A stretch of DNA of 64,000 bases from Nemertoderma westbladi (lineage: Eukaryota > Animalia > Xenacoelomorpha), in contig JAUCBJ010007572.1 of assembly GCA_032718475.1 (NCBI GenBank), forward strand, positions 1 to 64,000. The letters are read 5' to 3'. Below are positions 35,501 to 46,900 of this stretch, piece by piece (positions within the stretch are counted from its first letter, which is position 1; every line of letters begins with the position of its first letter). The position numbers were made by a program, and so were the translations under genes. Below the pieces are notes generated by a model. The model did no database searches and was not told where the DNA came from. It saw only the letters and a list, made by a program, of their open reading frames with translations.

Positions 35501-38500
35501 GGTCAGGGTTACAGAGAAACTACACGACTTGGAAGAGAGAGTTGAGCTGTTAGACAAAACCAGGTTAGTGTTACAGATAAACTGGAAGAGAGAGAGAGTT
35601 GATCTGTTAGACAAAAGCTAGGTCAGTGTTACAGAGAAACTACACGACTTGGAAGAGAGAGTTGAGCTGTTAGACAAAACCAGGTTAGTGTTACAGATAA
35701 ACTGGAAGAGAGAGAGAGTTGATCTGTTAGACAAAAGCTAGGTCAGTGTTACAGAGAAACTACACGACTTGGAAGAGAGAGTTGAGCTGTTAGACAAAAC
35801 CAGGTTAGTGTTACAGATAAACTGGAAGAGAGAGAGAGTTGATCTGTTAGACAAAAGCTAGGTCAGTGTTACAGAGAAACTACACGACTTGGAAGAGAGA
35901 GCGGAGCTGTTAGACAAAACCAGGTTAGTGTTACAGATAAACTGGAAGAGAGAGAGAGTTGATCTGTTAGACAAAAGCTAGGTCAGTGTTACAGAGAAAC
36001 TACACGACTTGGAAGAGAGAGTTGAGCTGTTAGACAAAACCAGGTTAGTGTTACAGATAAACTGGAAGAGAGAGAGAGTTGATCTGTTAGACAAAAGCTA
36101 GGTCAGTGTTACAGAGAAACTACACGACTTGGAAGAGAGAGCGGAGCTGTTAGACAAAACTAGGTTAGGGTTACAGAGAAACTGGGAGAGAGAGAGTTGA
36201 TCTGTTAGACAAAAGCTAGGTTAGGGTTACAGAGAAACTACACGACTTGGAAGAGAGAGCGGAGCTCTTAGACAAAACCAGGTTAGTGTTACAGATAAAC
36301 TGGAAGAGAGAGAGAGTTGATCTGTTAGACAAAAGCTAGGTTAGGGTTACAGAGAAACTACACGACTTGGAAGAGAGAGCGGAGCTCTTAGACAAAACCA
36401 GGTTAGTGTTACAGATAAACTGGAAGAGAGAGAGAGTTGATCTGTTAGACAAAAGCTAGGTTAGGGTTACAGAGAAACTACACGACTTGGAAGAGAGAGC
36501 GGAGCTGTTAGACAAAACTAGGTTAGGGTTACAGAGAAACTGGGAGAGAGAGAGTTGATCTGTTAGACAAAAGCTAGGTCAGTGTTACAGAGAAACTACA
36601 CGACTTGGAAGAGAGAGCGGAGCTGTTAGACAAAACCAGGTTAGTGTTACAGATAAACTGGAAGAGAGAGAGAGTTGATCTGTTAGACAAAAGCTAGGTC
36701 AGTGTTACAGAGAAACTACACGACTTGGAAGAGAGAGTTGAGCTGTTAGACAAAACCAGGTTAGTGTTACAGATAAACTGGAAGAGAGAGAGAGTTGATC
36801 TGTTAGACAAAAGCTAGGTCAGTGTTACAGAGAAACTACACGACTTGGAAGAGAGAGCGGAGCTGTTAGACAAAACTAGGTTAGGGTTACAGAGAAACTG
36901 GGAGAGAGAGAGTTGATCTGTTAGACAAAAGCTAGGTTAGGGTTACAGAGAAACTACACGACTTGGAAGAGAGAGCGGAGCTCTTAGACAAAACCAGGTT
37001 AGTGTTACAGATAAACTGGAAGAGAGAGAGAGTTGATCTGTTAGACAAAAGCTAGGTTAGGGTTACAGAGAAACTACACGACTTGGAAGAGAGAGCGGAG
37101 CTGCTAGACAAAACTAGGTTAGTGTTACAGAGAAACTACACGACTTGGTAGAGAGAGCGGAGCTGTTAGACAAAACTAGGTTAGTGTTACAGAGAAACTA
37201 CACGACTTGGAAGAGAGAGCGGAGCTGTTAGACAAAACTAGGTTAGTGTTACAGAGAAACTACACGACTTGGTAGAGAGAGCGGAGCTGTTAGACAAAAC
37301 TAGGTTAGTGTTACAGAGAAACTACACGACTTGTAAGAGGGAGCGGAGCTGTTAGACAAAACTAGGTTAGGGTTACAGAGAAACTGGGAGAGATAGAGAG
37401 AGTTGATCTGTTAGACAAAAGCTAGGTTAGGGATACAGAGAAACTACACGACTTGGAAGAGAGAGCGGAGCTGTTAGACAAAACTAGGTTAGGGTTACAG
37501 AGAAACTGGGAGAGAGAGAGTTGATCTGTTAGACAAAAGCTAGGTTAGGGTTACAGAGAAACTACACGACTTGGAAGAGAGAGCGGAGCTGCTAGACAAA
37601 ACTAGGTTAGTGTTACAGAGAAACTACACGACTTGGTAGAGAGAGCGGAGCTGTTAGACAAAACTAGGTTAGTGTTACAGAGAAACTACACGACTTGTAA
37701 GAGGGAGCGGAGCTGTTAGACAAAACTAGGTTAGGGTTACAGAGAAACTGGGAGAGAGAGAGTTGATCTGTTAGACAAAAGCTAGGTTAGGGTTACAGAG
37801 AAACTACACGACTTGGAAGAGAGAGCGGAGCTCTTAGACAAAACCAGGTTAGTGTTACAGATAAACTGGAAGAGAGAGAGAGTTGATCTGTTAGACAAAA
37901 GCTAGGTCAGTGTTACAGAGAAACTACACGACTTGGAAGAGAGAGTTGAGCTGTTAGACAAAACCAGGTTAGTGTTACAGATAAACTGGAAGAGAGAGAG
38001 AGTTGATCTGTTAGACAAAAGCTAGGTCAGTGTTACAGAGAAACTACACGACTTGGTAGAGAGAGCGGAGCTGTTAGACAAAACTAGGTTAGTGTTACAG
38101 AGAAACTACACGACTTGGTAGAGAGAGCGGAGCTGTTAGACAAAACTAGGTTAGTGTTACAGAGAAACTACACGACTTGGTAGAGAGAGCGGAGCTGTTA
38201 GACAAAACTAGGTTAGTGTTACAGAGAAACTACACGACTTGGAAGAGAGAGCGGAGCTGTTAGACAAAACTAGGTTAGTGTTACAGAGAAACTACACGAC
38301 TTGGTAGAGAGAGCGGAGCTGTTAGACAAAACTAGGTTAGTGTTACAGAGAAACTGGAAGAGCGAGAGAGTTGATCTGTTAGACAAAACTAGGTTAGTGT
38401 TACAGAGAAACTGGAAGAGTGAGAGAGTTGATCTGTTAGACAAAAGCTAGGTTAGGGATACAGAGAAACTGGAAGAGTGAGAGAGTTGATCTGTTAGACA

Positions 38501-41500
38501 AAAGCTAGGTTAGGGATACAGAGAAACTACGCGACTTGGTAGAGAGAGCGGAGCTGTTAGACAAAACTAGGTTAGTGTTACAGAGAAACTGGAAGAGCGA
38601 GAGAGTTGATCTGTTAGACAAAACTAGGTTAGTGTTACAGAGAAACTGGAAGAGTGAGAGAGTTGATCTGTTAGACAAAAGCTAGGTTAGGGATACAGAG
38701 AAACTGGAAGAGTGAGAGAGTTGATCTGTTAGACAAAAGCTAGGTTAGGGATACAGAGAAACTGGAAGAGTGAGAGAGTTGATCTGTTAGACAAAAGCTA
38801 GGTTAGGGTTACAGAGAAACTAAACGACTTGGAAGAGAGAGCGGAGCTGTTAGACAAAACTAGGTTAGTGTTACAGAGAAACTGGAAGAGTGAGAGAGTT
38901 GATCTGTTAGACAAAACTAGGTTAGTGTTACAGAGAAACTGGAAGAGTGAGAGAGTTGATCTGTTAGACAAAAGCTAGGTTAGGGATACAGAGAAACTGG
39001 AAGAGTGAGAGAGTTGATCTGTTAGACAAAAGCTAGGTTAGGGATACAGAGAAACTACGCGACTTGTAAGAGAGAGCGGAGCTCTTAGACAAAACCAGGT
39101 TAGTGTTACAAAGAAACTGGAAGAGAGAGAGAGTTGATCTGTTAGACAAAAGCTAGGTCAGTGTTACAGAGAAACTACACGACTTGGTAGAGAGAGCGGA
39201 GCTGTTAGACAAAACTAGGTTAGGGTTACAGAGAAACTGGGAGAGAGAGAGTTGATCTGTTAGACAAAAGCTAGGTTAGGGTTACAGAGAAACTACACGA
39301 CTTGGAAGAGAGAGCGGAGCTCTTAGACAAAACCAGGTTAGTGTTACAGAGAAACTGGAAGAGTGAGAGAGTTGATCTGTTAGACAAAAGCTAGGTTAGG
39401 GATACAGAGAAACTACACGACTTGGAAGAGAGAGCGAGCTCTTAGACAAAACCAGGTTAGTGTTACAGAGAAACTGGAAGAGTGAGAGAGTTGATCTGTT
39501 AGACAAAAGCTAGGTTAGGGTTACAGAGAAACTACACGACCTGGAAGAGAGAGCGGAGCTCTTAGACAAAACCAGGTTAGTGTTACAGAGAAACTGGAAG
39601 AGAGAGAGAGTTGATCTGTTAGACAAAAGCTATGTCAGTGTTACAGAGAAACTACACGACTTGGTAGAGAGAGCGGAGCTGTTAGACAAAACTAGGTTAG
39701 TGTTACAGAGAAACTGGAAGAGAGAGAGAGTTGATCTGTTAGACAAAAGCTATGTCAGTGTTACAGAGAAACTACACGACTTGGTAGAGAGAGCGGAGCT
39801 GTTAGACAAAACTAGGTTAGTGTTACAGAGAAACTGGAAGAGTGAGAGAGTTGATCTGTTAGACAAAAGCTAGGTTAGGGAGACAGAGAAACTACGCGAC
39901 TTGTAAGAGAGAGCGGAGCTCTTAGACAAAACCAGGTTAGTGTTACAGAGAAACTGGAAGAGAGAGAGAGAGTTGATCTGTTAGACAAAAGCTAGGTTAG
40001 GGATACAGAGAAACTACACGACTTGGTAGAGAGAGCGGAGCTGTTAGACAAAACTAGGTTTGTGTTACAGAGAAACTGGAGGAGTGAGAGAGTTGATCTG
40101 TTAGACAAAAGCTAGGTTAGGGATACAGAGAAACTACACGACTTGGAAGGGAGAGCGGAGCTCTTAGACAAAACCAGGTTAGTGTTACAGAGAAACTACA
40201 CGACTTGTAAGAGGGAGCGGAGCTGTTAGACAAAACTAGGTTAGTGTTACAGAGAAACTGGAAGAGAGAGAGAGTTGATCTGTTAGACAAAAGCTAGGTC
40301 AGTGTTACAGAGAAACTACACGACTTGGTAGAGAGAGCGGAGCTGTTAGACAAAACCAGGTTAGTGTTACAGAGAAATTACACGACTTGGAAGAGAGAGC
40401 GGAGCTGTTAGACAAAACTAGGTTAGTGTTACAGAGAAACTGGAAGAGTGAGAGAGTTGAGCTGTTAGACAAAAGCTAGGTCAGTGTTACAGAGAAACTA
40501 CACGACTTGGTAGAGAGAGCGGAGCTGTTAGACAAAACTAGGTTAGTGTTACAGAGAAACTGGAAGAGTGAGAGAGTTGAGCTGTTAGACAAAAGCTAGG
40601 TCAGTGTTACAGAGAAACTACACGACTTGGTAGAGAGAGCGGAGCTGTTAGACAAAACCAGGTTAGTGTTACAGAGAAACTGGAAGAGAGAGAGAGTTGA
40701 GCTGTTAGACAAAAGCTAGGTCAGTGTTACAGAGAAACTACACGACTTGGTAGAGAGAGCGGAGCTGTTAGACAAAACTAGGTTAGTGTTACAGAGAAAC
40801 TGGAAGAGTGAGAGAGTTGAGCTGTTAGACAAAAGCTAGGTCAGTGTTACAGAGAAACTACACGACTTGGTAGAGAGAGCGGAGCTGTTAGACAAAACTA
40901 GGTTAGTGTTACAGAGAAACTACACGACTTGGTAGAGAGAGCGGAGCTGTTAGACAAAACTAGGTTAGTGTTACAGAGAAACTACACGACTTGGTAGAGA
41001 GAGCGGAGCTGTTAGACAAAACTAGGTTAGTGTTACAGAGAAACTGGAAGAGTGAGAGAGTTGAACTGTTAGACAAAAGCTAGGTCAGGGTTACAGAGAA
41101 ACTACACGACTTGGAAGAGAGAGCGGAGCTGTTAGACAAAACTAGGTTAGGGTTACAGAGAAACTAAACGACTTGGTAGAGAGAGCGGAGCTGTTAGACA
41201 AAACTAGGTTAGTGTTACAGAGAAACTGGAAGAGTGAGAGAGTTGAACTGTTAGACAAAAGCTAGGTCAGGGTTACAGAGAAACTACACGACTTGGAAGA
41301 GAGAGCGGAGCTGTTAGACAAAACTAGGTTAGTGTTACAGAGAAACTGGAAGAGTGAGAGAGTTGAACTGTTAGACAAAAGCTAGGTCAGGGTTACAGAG
41401 AAACTACACGACTTGGAAGAGAGAGCGGAGCTGTTAGACAAAACCAGGTTAGTGTTACAGAGAAACTGGAAGAGTGAGAGAGTTGATCTGTTAGACAAAA

Positions 41501-44500
41501 GCTAGGTCAGGGTTACAGAGAAACTAAACGACTTGTAAGAGAGAGCGGAGCTGTTAGACAAAACCAGGTTAGTGTTACAGAGAAACTGGAAGAGTGAGAG
41601 AGTTGAACTGTTAGACAAAAGCTAGGTCAGGGTTACAGAGAAACTACACGACTTGGAAGAGAGAGCGGAGCTGTTAGACAAAACCAGGTTAGTGTTACAG
41701 AGAAACTGGAAGAGTGAGAGAGTTGATCTGTTAGACAAAAGCTAGGTTAGGGTTACAGAGAAACTACACGACTTGGAAGAGAGAGCGGAGCTGTTAGACA
41801 AAACTAGGTTAGTGTTACAGAGAAACTGGAAGAGTGAGAGAGTTGATCTGTTAGACAAAAGCTAGGTCAGTGTTACAGAGAAACTGGAAGAGTGAGAGAG
41901 TTGATCTGTTAGACAAAAGCTAGGTCAGTGTTACAGAGAAACTGGAAGAGTGAGAGAGTTGATCTGTTAGACAAAAGCTAGGTCAGTGTTACAGAGAAAC
42001 TACACGACTTGGTAGAGAGAGCGGAGCTGTTAGACAAAACTAGGTTAGTGTTACAGAGAAACTGGAAGAGTGAGAGAGTTGATCTGTTAGACAAAAGCTA
42101 GGTCAGGGTTACAGAGAAACTAAACGACTTGTAAGAGAGAGAGCGGAGCTGCTAGACAAAATTAGGTCAGTGTTACAGAGAACCTTCTCAATTTGGAAGA
42201 AGTTGTTGGATAAAACTATAGATTAGATCGTTAGTTCGGTGAAGCCGATTTTTGGCGGCTATTTGTGATTGGTTATAATGATTGACCCCGTAATATTGGC
42301 TTACTCCCTTCTGCGAGAGAGTGATATATATCCCAAAGTTTGCGAAAAATATACGTATATTTTTACTAACATGACATTAAATTAAAAAAATATTGCACTT
42401 TTTGTCCATCTGGTGCGCCTTGAGATAACTTACGTCATTAATATATTATCAAATTATGTAATGTATATCAGTGGGCAGTTGTAGAAAGGCATATCTATAT
42501 CTTTATAGTTTGTTGTAATTTGATCAAATTACAACAAACTATAAAGATATAGATATGCCTTTCTACAACTGCCCACTGATATACATTAAGCAGAGCTTTA
42601 TACGACGGGTGACTTTATACGACGGGTGACTTTATACGACGGGTGACTTAATACGACGGGTGACTTTATACTTTGGGTGGGTTTTTTCGACGGTTCCTGC
42701 AGTGTCCGTATGCTACAGCATGTGGTAGGCCCTTTACCGGTGGTACACCCTCCAAAGGTCGACATCAAATTACTTGCACTTCACTTACAAGATCGATCCA
42801 GTAGATGTATTTTTAGTTCTATGTTGGGGAACCATCGGTGATATTATATTAATATAAAATTGAAATTGTTAATTGACATCAAATAAGGGTAAAATAAATC
42901 TGCATAATTAATTAAACATTACCTGTAAAAACAAGATAAGCCCATTATAGTTATAGCTAATGCACCAAAGAAAGTGAGACAGTTAGTTATGCTGTAGTCC
43001 GGGAACTACACTTAATAATACTGAATATAGGCCATTTAATTCCGATTGATGTTTAATTAAATATATCGTCGAAGTCAGATTTAAGTTATTATCACAGGAA
43101 ATTGAGAGTCTGTAATTAATTGTGTTATCTTTAATTCCAGTAAATTAATTATTGATGTGCTAGATAATTTTGTTATGAACTGTTATGTGCTGAATTCATT
43201 AAGTTAGTAATTTTATTCAATCGAGTTCAAACAGCTGACACAAGGTTGCAATCTTTCCATTATCAATACAATATGTGATGAATCAGCTGTACAACTTTAT
43301 AGTCTCTATTCATTGTTAGTTCGGGATGGTCCTATTCCTCTAACAGTTTGTGGTTTTTGTATTTATTTGAATATGGAACATCACGGACGTCTAATGCTGG
43401 TTCTGTTTCTTATCGCTGTTGCTTGGATACAGCCCATCCAATCATGGTTCACCTCTTGGGGTTGGTGCTTCACCCACCGTTGTTCGGACACCGGGGACTG
43501 CCTCCCATCCGGGTTGCTATGCGACGGTCATGTGCATTGCCGCGATTGGTCTGACGAGTCTGCTCCCCAGTGCCCCGGGTCACGCCCCCTGGTGGACGCG
43601 TGCCTTCCCGGTTGGACGCAGTGCGGTGACAGTCGCTTGTGCGTCCGCGATACGTGGCTCTGCGACGGCGAGTTGGACTGTATCCATGGTGACCCGGATG
43701 ACGTCACGGACGAGTTGGAATGCGACTTCCGGTGTCGGGACGGTTCGGGGGTCGTCCCGTACTACTGGCACTGCGACGGGGAGGCGGACTGTCGGGACGG
43801 GAGCGACGAATTGGAGTCTGTCTGCTCGGACTGCGGGGTGTGGCCGGGGCTACGGCAGTGCGGCGCCCAGCCGGTCTGCATCCCCGAGGAGTTCTGGTGC
43901 GACGGCGTTCCCGACTGTCCGCTAGGGGGCGCTGAGGACGAGACGGAATGCGGCCGGACTTCCTTGTCCTCCGCGTGGTCGGAGTGGGGACCCTGGAGTC
44001 AGTGCGACGCGTGTCGCCATAGCAACCGTACGCGGGAGCGCGACTGCTCTCTGGGGGCCGGGCGTTGCGAGGGGTCGGCGGTAGAGGCGGCGGCGTGTCG
44101 CCACTCGAGTTTCGACTGCCACCCCGAGTCGGGGAACGCCGGAGGCTGCGGGGTCAGGTACACGGTGGGACTCGGTAAGCGAATCATAGGGGGCGACGAG
44201 GTAACCCTGGAGACGGAGTGGCCGTTCGGTTGCCAACTAGTCTACCATCCGGACGAGGATAAATCCTACGAGATTGTTCTGTGTAGTGCCTCTGTTCTCG
44301 CTCCCTATTACCTAATCACCGCGGCTCATTGCTTCGTTCCCAAGGAGACCGCGGACCCGTCCGTCTGGCGGGTCCGTTGCGGTAAGGCGGAGTCCTCCGT
44401 TATGTTGGATTCCCCCGGGCAGGTCTACACGACCATCGAGGAGGTCCACACCCACGAGAAGTACGAGGTGGACACCGGGGAATTCGATTTCGCGGTGCTC

Positions 44501-46900
44501 AAACTCGCCGACCCCGTGATGGACGTTGATTGGGCGACGGTTGCTGTTACCCGGGAAACCGTGGTAACACCGGCGTGTTTGCCCAATCAGGGTGATGATA
44601 TGTTCCCCGAGGGTAGTTTCTGCTATGTGATTGGTTGGGGGGTTACCAAGGAGGATGCTGAACGCAGACCGGAGTATCTCCACAGTCTGTTCGCCCCGGT
44701 TCTGTCCACTCAGCTGTGTAACGGTCCGCGGGCTTACAACAAGGCGGTAGACCCGGTTAGTATGATGTGCGCCGGGTACATCGAGGGGGGGAAGGACGCG
44801 TGTCAGGGGGACAGTGGGGGGCCGTTGTACTGTAAAGCGAAGCGGGACGGGCGTTGGTATCTGGCGGGGGTTGTCAGCTGGGGGGACGGGTGCGCGAAAC
44901 CATTCCATCCAGGGGTTTACGCGAAAATATCGGTGGCAAGGAACTGGATAAAATCTATCGCCGGTGTTTAAATGTTCATGTTGGCCGAATTTAAGTCTAC
45001 TTAATACACTGTACTTAATACCATAGTATCAGTACTTGTTTACTTAATGCTCTTTACTTAATAACTCAGTACTTGTTTACAAAGTAATACTCTGTACTTG
45101 TTTACTTACAACTCTTGTCAACTTTTTCACGCTCATTTTAGTATATAATTTATGAACTTAGATTCGAATTATGTTGTAATAACTATTTATATATTTTATG
45201 TAAAGTAGTACTCTACATTGGGCTGATCAGTTTGCTGATCAGTGAACATTGTGCGTGCCGAACGTAGTGAGTTAGTGAACATAATGCCACGAGATTAGAA
45301 CATTGTAATAAAAGAATTTACAGTCATTATGTGTTTATTTTTATTCCAAAATTGTAACGTTAGGAAACTGTTAATTTTATACCATTAACCAACCCAAACT
45401 CAGGTCAAAAAAAGCTCATACAAAAACATTAGTATGAAAATTTCATCTACGCAACCCATATAAAATAAATATATTGAACTTTTGAAGGCAGTGCCATCGG
45501 TACGTGTACCGGTACACAGCAGGCAGTTACTAATGTTTCAGTTGTGCCTGTCTGGCATTGTGTAGCATTTCATATTGCTCTTGTTTACTGTCTTTGACAA
45601 CGTAAATATACCACAGTTAAAATACTATTGTGTTTGAGTCGTCGCGCGACTTTAAGACTTTAAATAATGTTACAATTTCGGAACAAATGTCAATTTATTT
45701 ATTATCCCCAATATTTTTGTAATACTTTTGCAGAATAATTTCCATCTATTCCGTGTATTTTCTATAAAAGTATGTTCAGTGTGTTTTATACAATGAACGT
45801 TTATTGCAGATAGACACGGTGTATGTTTAATGTTATTATAAGTACATAACGAAATACTTATTCTGAATATCCATTTTCACTACGGGGTTGGTTTTTGGGA
45901 CAGTTTTTTTTTAAACCGAGTAGTAATTTGTTACTAATAACTATATTTATTAAATCTTGCAAATTTTGTGTGAAATCGCACAAGTGTGCCAAATGGTGTG
46001 TTATACAACATGAACGCACTTAATGGGCTAGTCAGCCTCGAGGTCAGAACACCATAAAGTACTTTACAACAAGAACAGTATGACGTATGTAGTTTTATTC
46101 TGACAATGTACCATTACGAAACAAAAATAGTCAACTATTTCCATCGAAACAACTCTTGCCACATATATCCAGACATATAAACACGTACACCACCACGTAC
46201 GTTATGACCTGACCACGCATAAACCTGTTATTGTTATTATTCACAATACTCACTCAACGTGCCGTTAGTCAGTTCGTTATTATAGTAATAATTTAATTTT
46301 AATTTTTATTTTAGGAGTAAAAATATTGCCGCAATCAACTATATAAACGTGCGAAACCGAAAGACAAATATTAAAGAGAAAGAGCTAGCGATAATCCGGG
46401 AGGCCCAGGAGCGCAGACTGCAGACTGGAGACGACCCGTTCACGAGACGCAAGAGTACGCCGGTGTTGGTAACCAAGTCTACAGACGGAGTCCCATTCCT
46501 AACCAAACTCAAACAAAGAGAGGCCGAAGTCACTGCCAAACGTCAACAGGAATGGGACAATATCAAAGCTGAACAAATACAGAGGCAGTCCCTGGCACAG
46601 AACACGTCCACCCGTACTGGTATAATGGCTACTCTCATTGGGGACTCTATGTTGCTAGGGCAACGGGACTCCCCTGGTGGGGGGGCCCCTGAGACTCAAC
46701 CAGACAATGTCGATGGCACCCCAGTAGACAGTAAAGGCGACCTATACTCAGTACACGACTTTGATATAACTATCGATTTACCCATGGGTTCTGGGACCGC
46801 CCCTCCCTTGTCTGTGATCCCAAAGTCACAAGACACCGGATTGACCCCCAAGCGTTGTTTAGATTTGGATTCGTATAAGAAAATGCGCGGATTAATTTAG
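20356..46900 (+). CDS. RTF1: RNA polymerase-associated protein RTF1 (PAF1 complex, Plus3 domain), 6 coding exons, 706 aa
   Basis: Exons 20356-20566, 21049-21226, 30072-30345, 32772-33082, 33609-34169 and 46315-46900 are all GT-AG and phase-compatible (2121 nt). Motifs: GDEEDR..L..MT..ERE.ELFNR.E (histone-modification domain), [15 protein letters not shown]...GCFVRIGIG (Plus3), DPFTRR, HDFDI.IDL and the C-terminal LD.YKK.RGLI. Confidence 0.95.
21049..21226 (+). CDS. RTF1: RTF1 exon 2
   Basis: Acceptor tttag; F.DGFDE.LMGDEED; donor AG|GTAGGT. Confidence 0.9.
21675..21720 (-). ncRNA. Minimal type I hammerhead ribozyme (antisense copy)
   Basis: The reverse complement reads AGCGCUA-CUGAUGA-GGCCU-GUU-AGGCC-GAAA-C-GUAC-G-UA-UAGCGCU, identical to the plus-strand copy. 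Confidence 0.9.
22121..22166 (+). ncRNA. Minimal type I hammerhead ribozyme (sense to RTF1)
   Basis: Stem I AGCGCUA/UAGCGCU; core CUGAUGA (22128-22134); stem II GGCCU/AGGCC; GAAA (22148-22151); a one-pair stem III with palindromic GUAC loop; GUA cleavage triplet with the predicted cut after 22159. Confidence 0.9.
22234..26570. repeat. 43-bp hairpin-containing satellite (~100 copies) with a 266-bp higher-order repeat
   Basis: Unit atagattttagttcatcaacaccgccgtttttcggcggtttac, with 47-bp variants. The marker gatcagcaccgtcg recurs at 23061, 23327, 23593, 23859 and 24125. Confidence 0.98.
27460..28420. repeat. Diverged ~260-bp direct repeat, probably a DNA-transposon remnant
   Basis: ~27460-27715 resembles ~28150-28420 (aattactgacagaaaaacta...aattacgtccgttacggaagaggaagg...tttatcgtaacg). 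The motif cgtccgttac recurs to ~28980. Confidence 0.6.
29346..29680. repeat. 33-bp pyrimidine-rich minisatellite (~10 copies)
   Basis: Unit cacttctttgcagtgcctcttgtctccattttt. Confidence 0.95.
30072..30345 (+). CDS. RTF1: RTF1 exon 3
   Basis: [31 protein letters not shown]; donor TG|GTAAGT at 30346. Confidence 0.9.
30555..32274 (+). mobile_element. 5'-truncated RTE-clade LINE (RT, frameshifted) with 23-bp TSD
   Basis: RT motifs [36 protein letters not shown] and LRFAGHC across three frameshifted ORFs; (TAG)n tail; TSD agtactactaggat(c/t)cagtctag at 30532-30554 and 32275-32297. Confidence 0.92.
32298..32530 (+). mobile_element. tRNA-derived SINE candidate
   Basis: A-box-like ggtgtagtggtt and B-box ggttcgatcc, followed by a non-tRNA body. 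The 3' limit is approximate. Confidence 0.55.
32772..33082 (+). CDS. RTF1: RTF1 exon 4
   Basis: [34 protein letters not shown]; donor AG|GTAAAT. Confidence 0.9.
33609..34169 (+). CDS. RTF1: RTF1 exon 5 (Plus3 domain)
   Basis: [12 protein letters not shown]...[17 protein letters not shown]...PRNYAMKK...[11 protein letters not shown]; donor AG|GTTAGT at 34170. Confidence 0.95.
34112..42215 (+). repeat. ~8-kb satellite of 62-bp and 58-bp units derived from the RTF1 exon 5 3' end and splice donor
   Basis: Unit A gttagtgttacagagaaactacacgacttggaagagagagcggagctgttagacaaaactag copies the last ~50 nt of exon 5 plus GTTAGT. Unit B is a 58-bp derivative. A+B gives a 120-bp higher-order repeat. Confidence 0.97.
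42459..42588. repeat. Perfect 130-bp palindrome (no spacer)
   Basis: 65-bp arms centred on tga|tca (42523/42524). Followed by four 17-bp repeats ctttatacgacgggtga (~42596-42670). Confidence 0.95.
43373..44971 (+). CDS. Secreted modular trypsin-like serine protease (signal peptide, 4x LDLa, TSP1, S1A domain), intronless and nested in RTF1 intron 5
   Basis: 532 aa from ATG 43373; hydrophobic signal peptide; four CDG..(D/H)C....DE LDLa repeats; [19 protein letters not shown]1; activation site KR|IIGG; triad TAAHC / FDFAV / GDSGGP; S1 Asp in KDACQG. Confidence 0.93.
   Translation: MEHHGRLMLVLFLIAVAWIQPIQSWFTSWGWCFTHRCSDTGDCLPSGLLCDGHVHCRDWSDESAPQCPGSRPLVDACLPGWTQCGDSRLCVRDTWLCDGELDCIHGDPDDVTDELECDFRCRDGSGVVPYYWHCDGEADCRDGSDELESVCSDCGVWPGLRQCGAQPVCIPEEFWCDGVPDCPLGGAEDETECGRTSLSSAWSEWGPWSQCDACRHSNRTRERDCSLGAGRCEGSAVEAAACRHSSFDCHPESGNAGGCGVRYTVGLGKRIIGGDEVTLETEWPFGCQLVYHPDEDKSYEIVLCSASVLAPYYLITAAHCFVPKETADPSVWRVRCGKAESSVMLDSPGQVYTTIEEVHTHEKYEVDTGEFDFAVLKLADPVMDVDWATVAVTRETVVTPACLPNQGDDMFPEGSFCYVIGWGVTKEDAERRPEYLHSLFAPVLSTQLCNGPRAYNKAVDPVSMMCAGYIEGGKDACQGDSGGPLYCKAKRDGRWYLAGVVSWGDGCAKPFHPGVYAKISVARNWIKSIAGV
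45190..46130. mobile_element. Degenerate copies of a palindromic non-autonomous element (related to 52270-52900)
   Basis: Shares gaacg(t)tagtgagt.agtgaa, g.tcagaacac...aaagtacttt.caacaag and ttttattccaaaatt...aattt(t/c)ggaa with 52270-52900. Confidence 0.5.
46315..46900 (+). CDS. RTF1: RTF1 exon 6 (last)
   Basis: Acceptor ttttag|G completes [17 protein letters not shown]; DPFTRR; HDFDI; ends KKMRGLI*. Confidence 0.93.

Noticed and set aside
39580-39873. ORF resembling RTF1 peptide repeats, as possible extra exons
   Set aside because: Chance loss of a TAG in two satellite units. Surrounding units have stops, and the 13-nt GT..AG between units is too short to be an intron.
43348-44908. Overlapping alternative-frame and antisense ORFs in the protease gene (likewise in the CAPS2-like and BCL11-like genes)
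   Set aside because: Expected shadows of GC-rich coding sequence, with no domain signatures.
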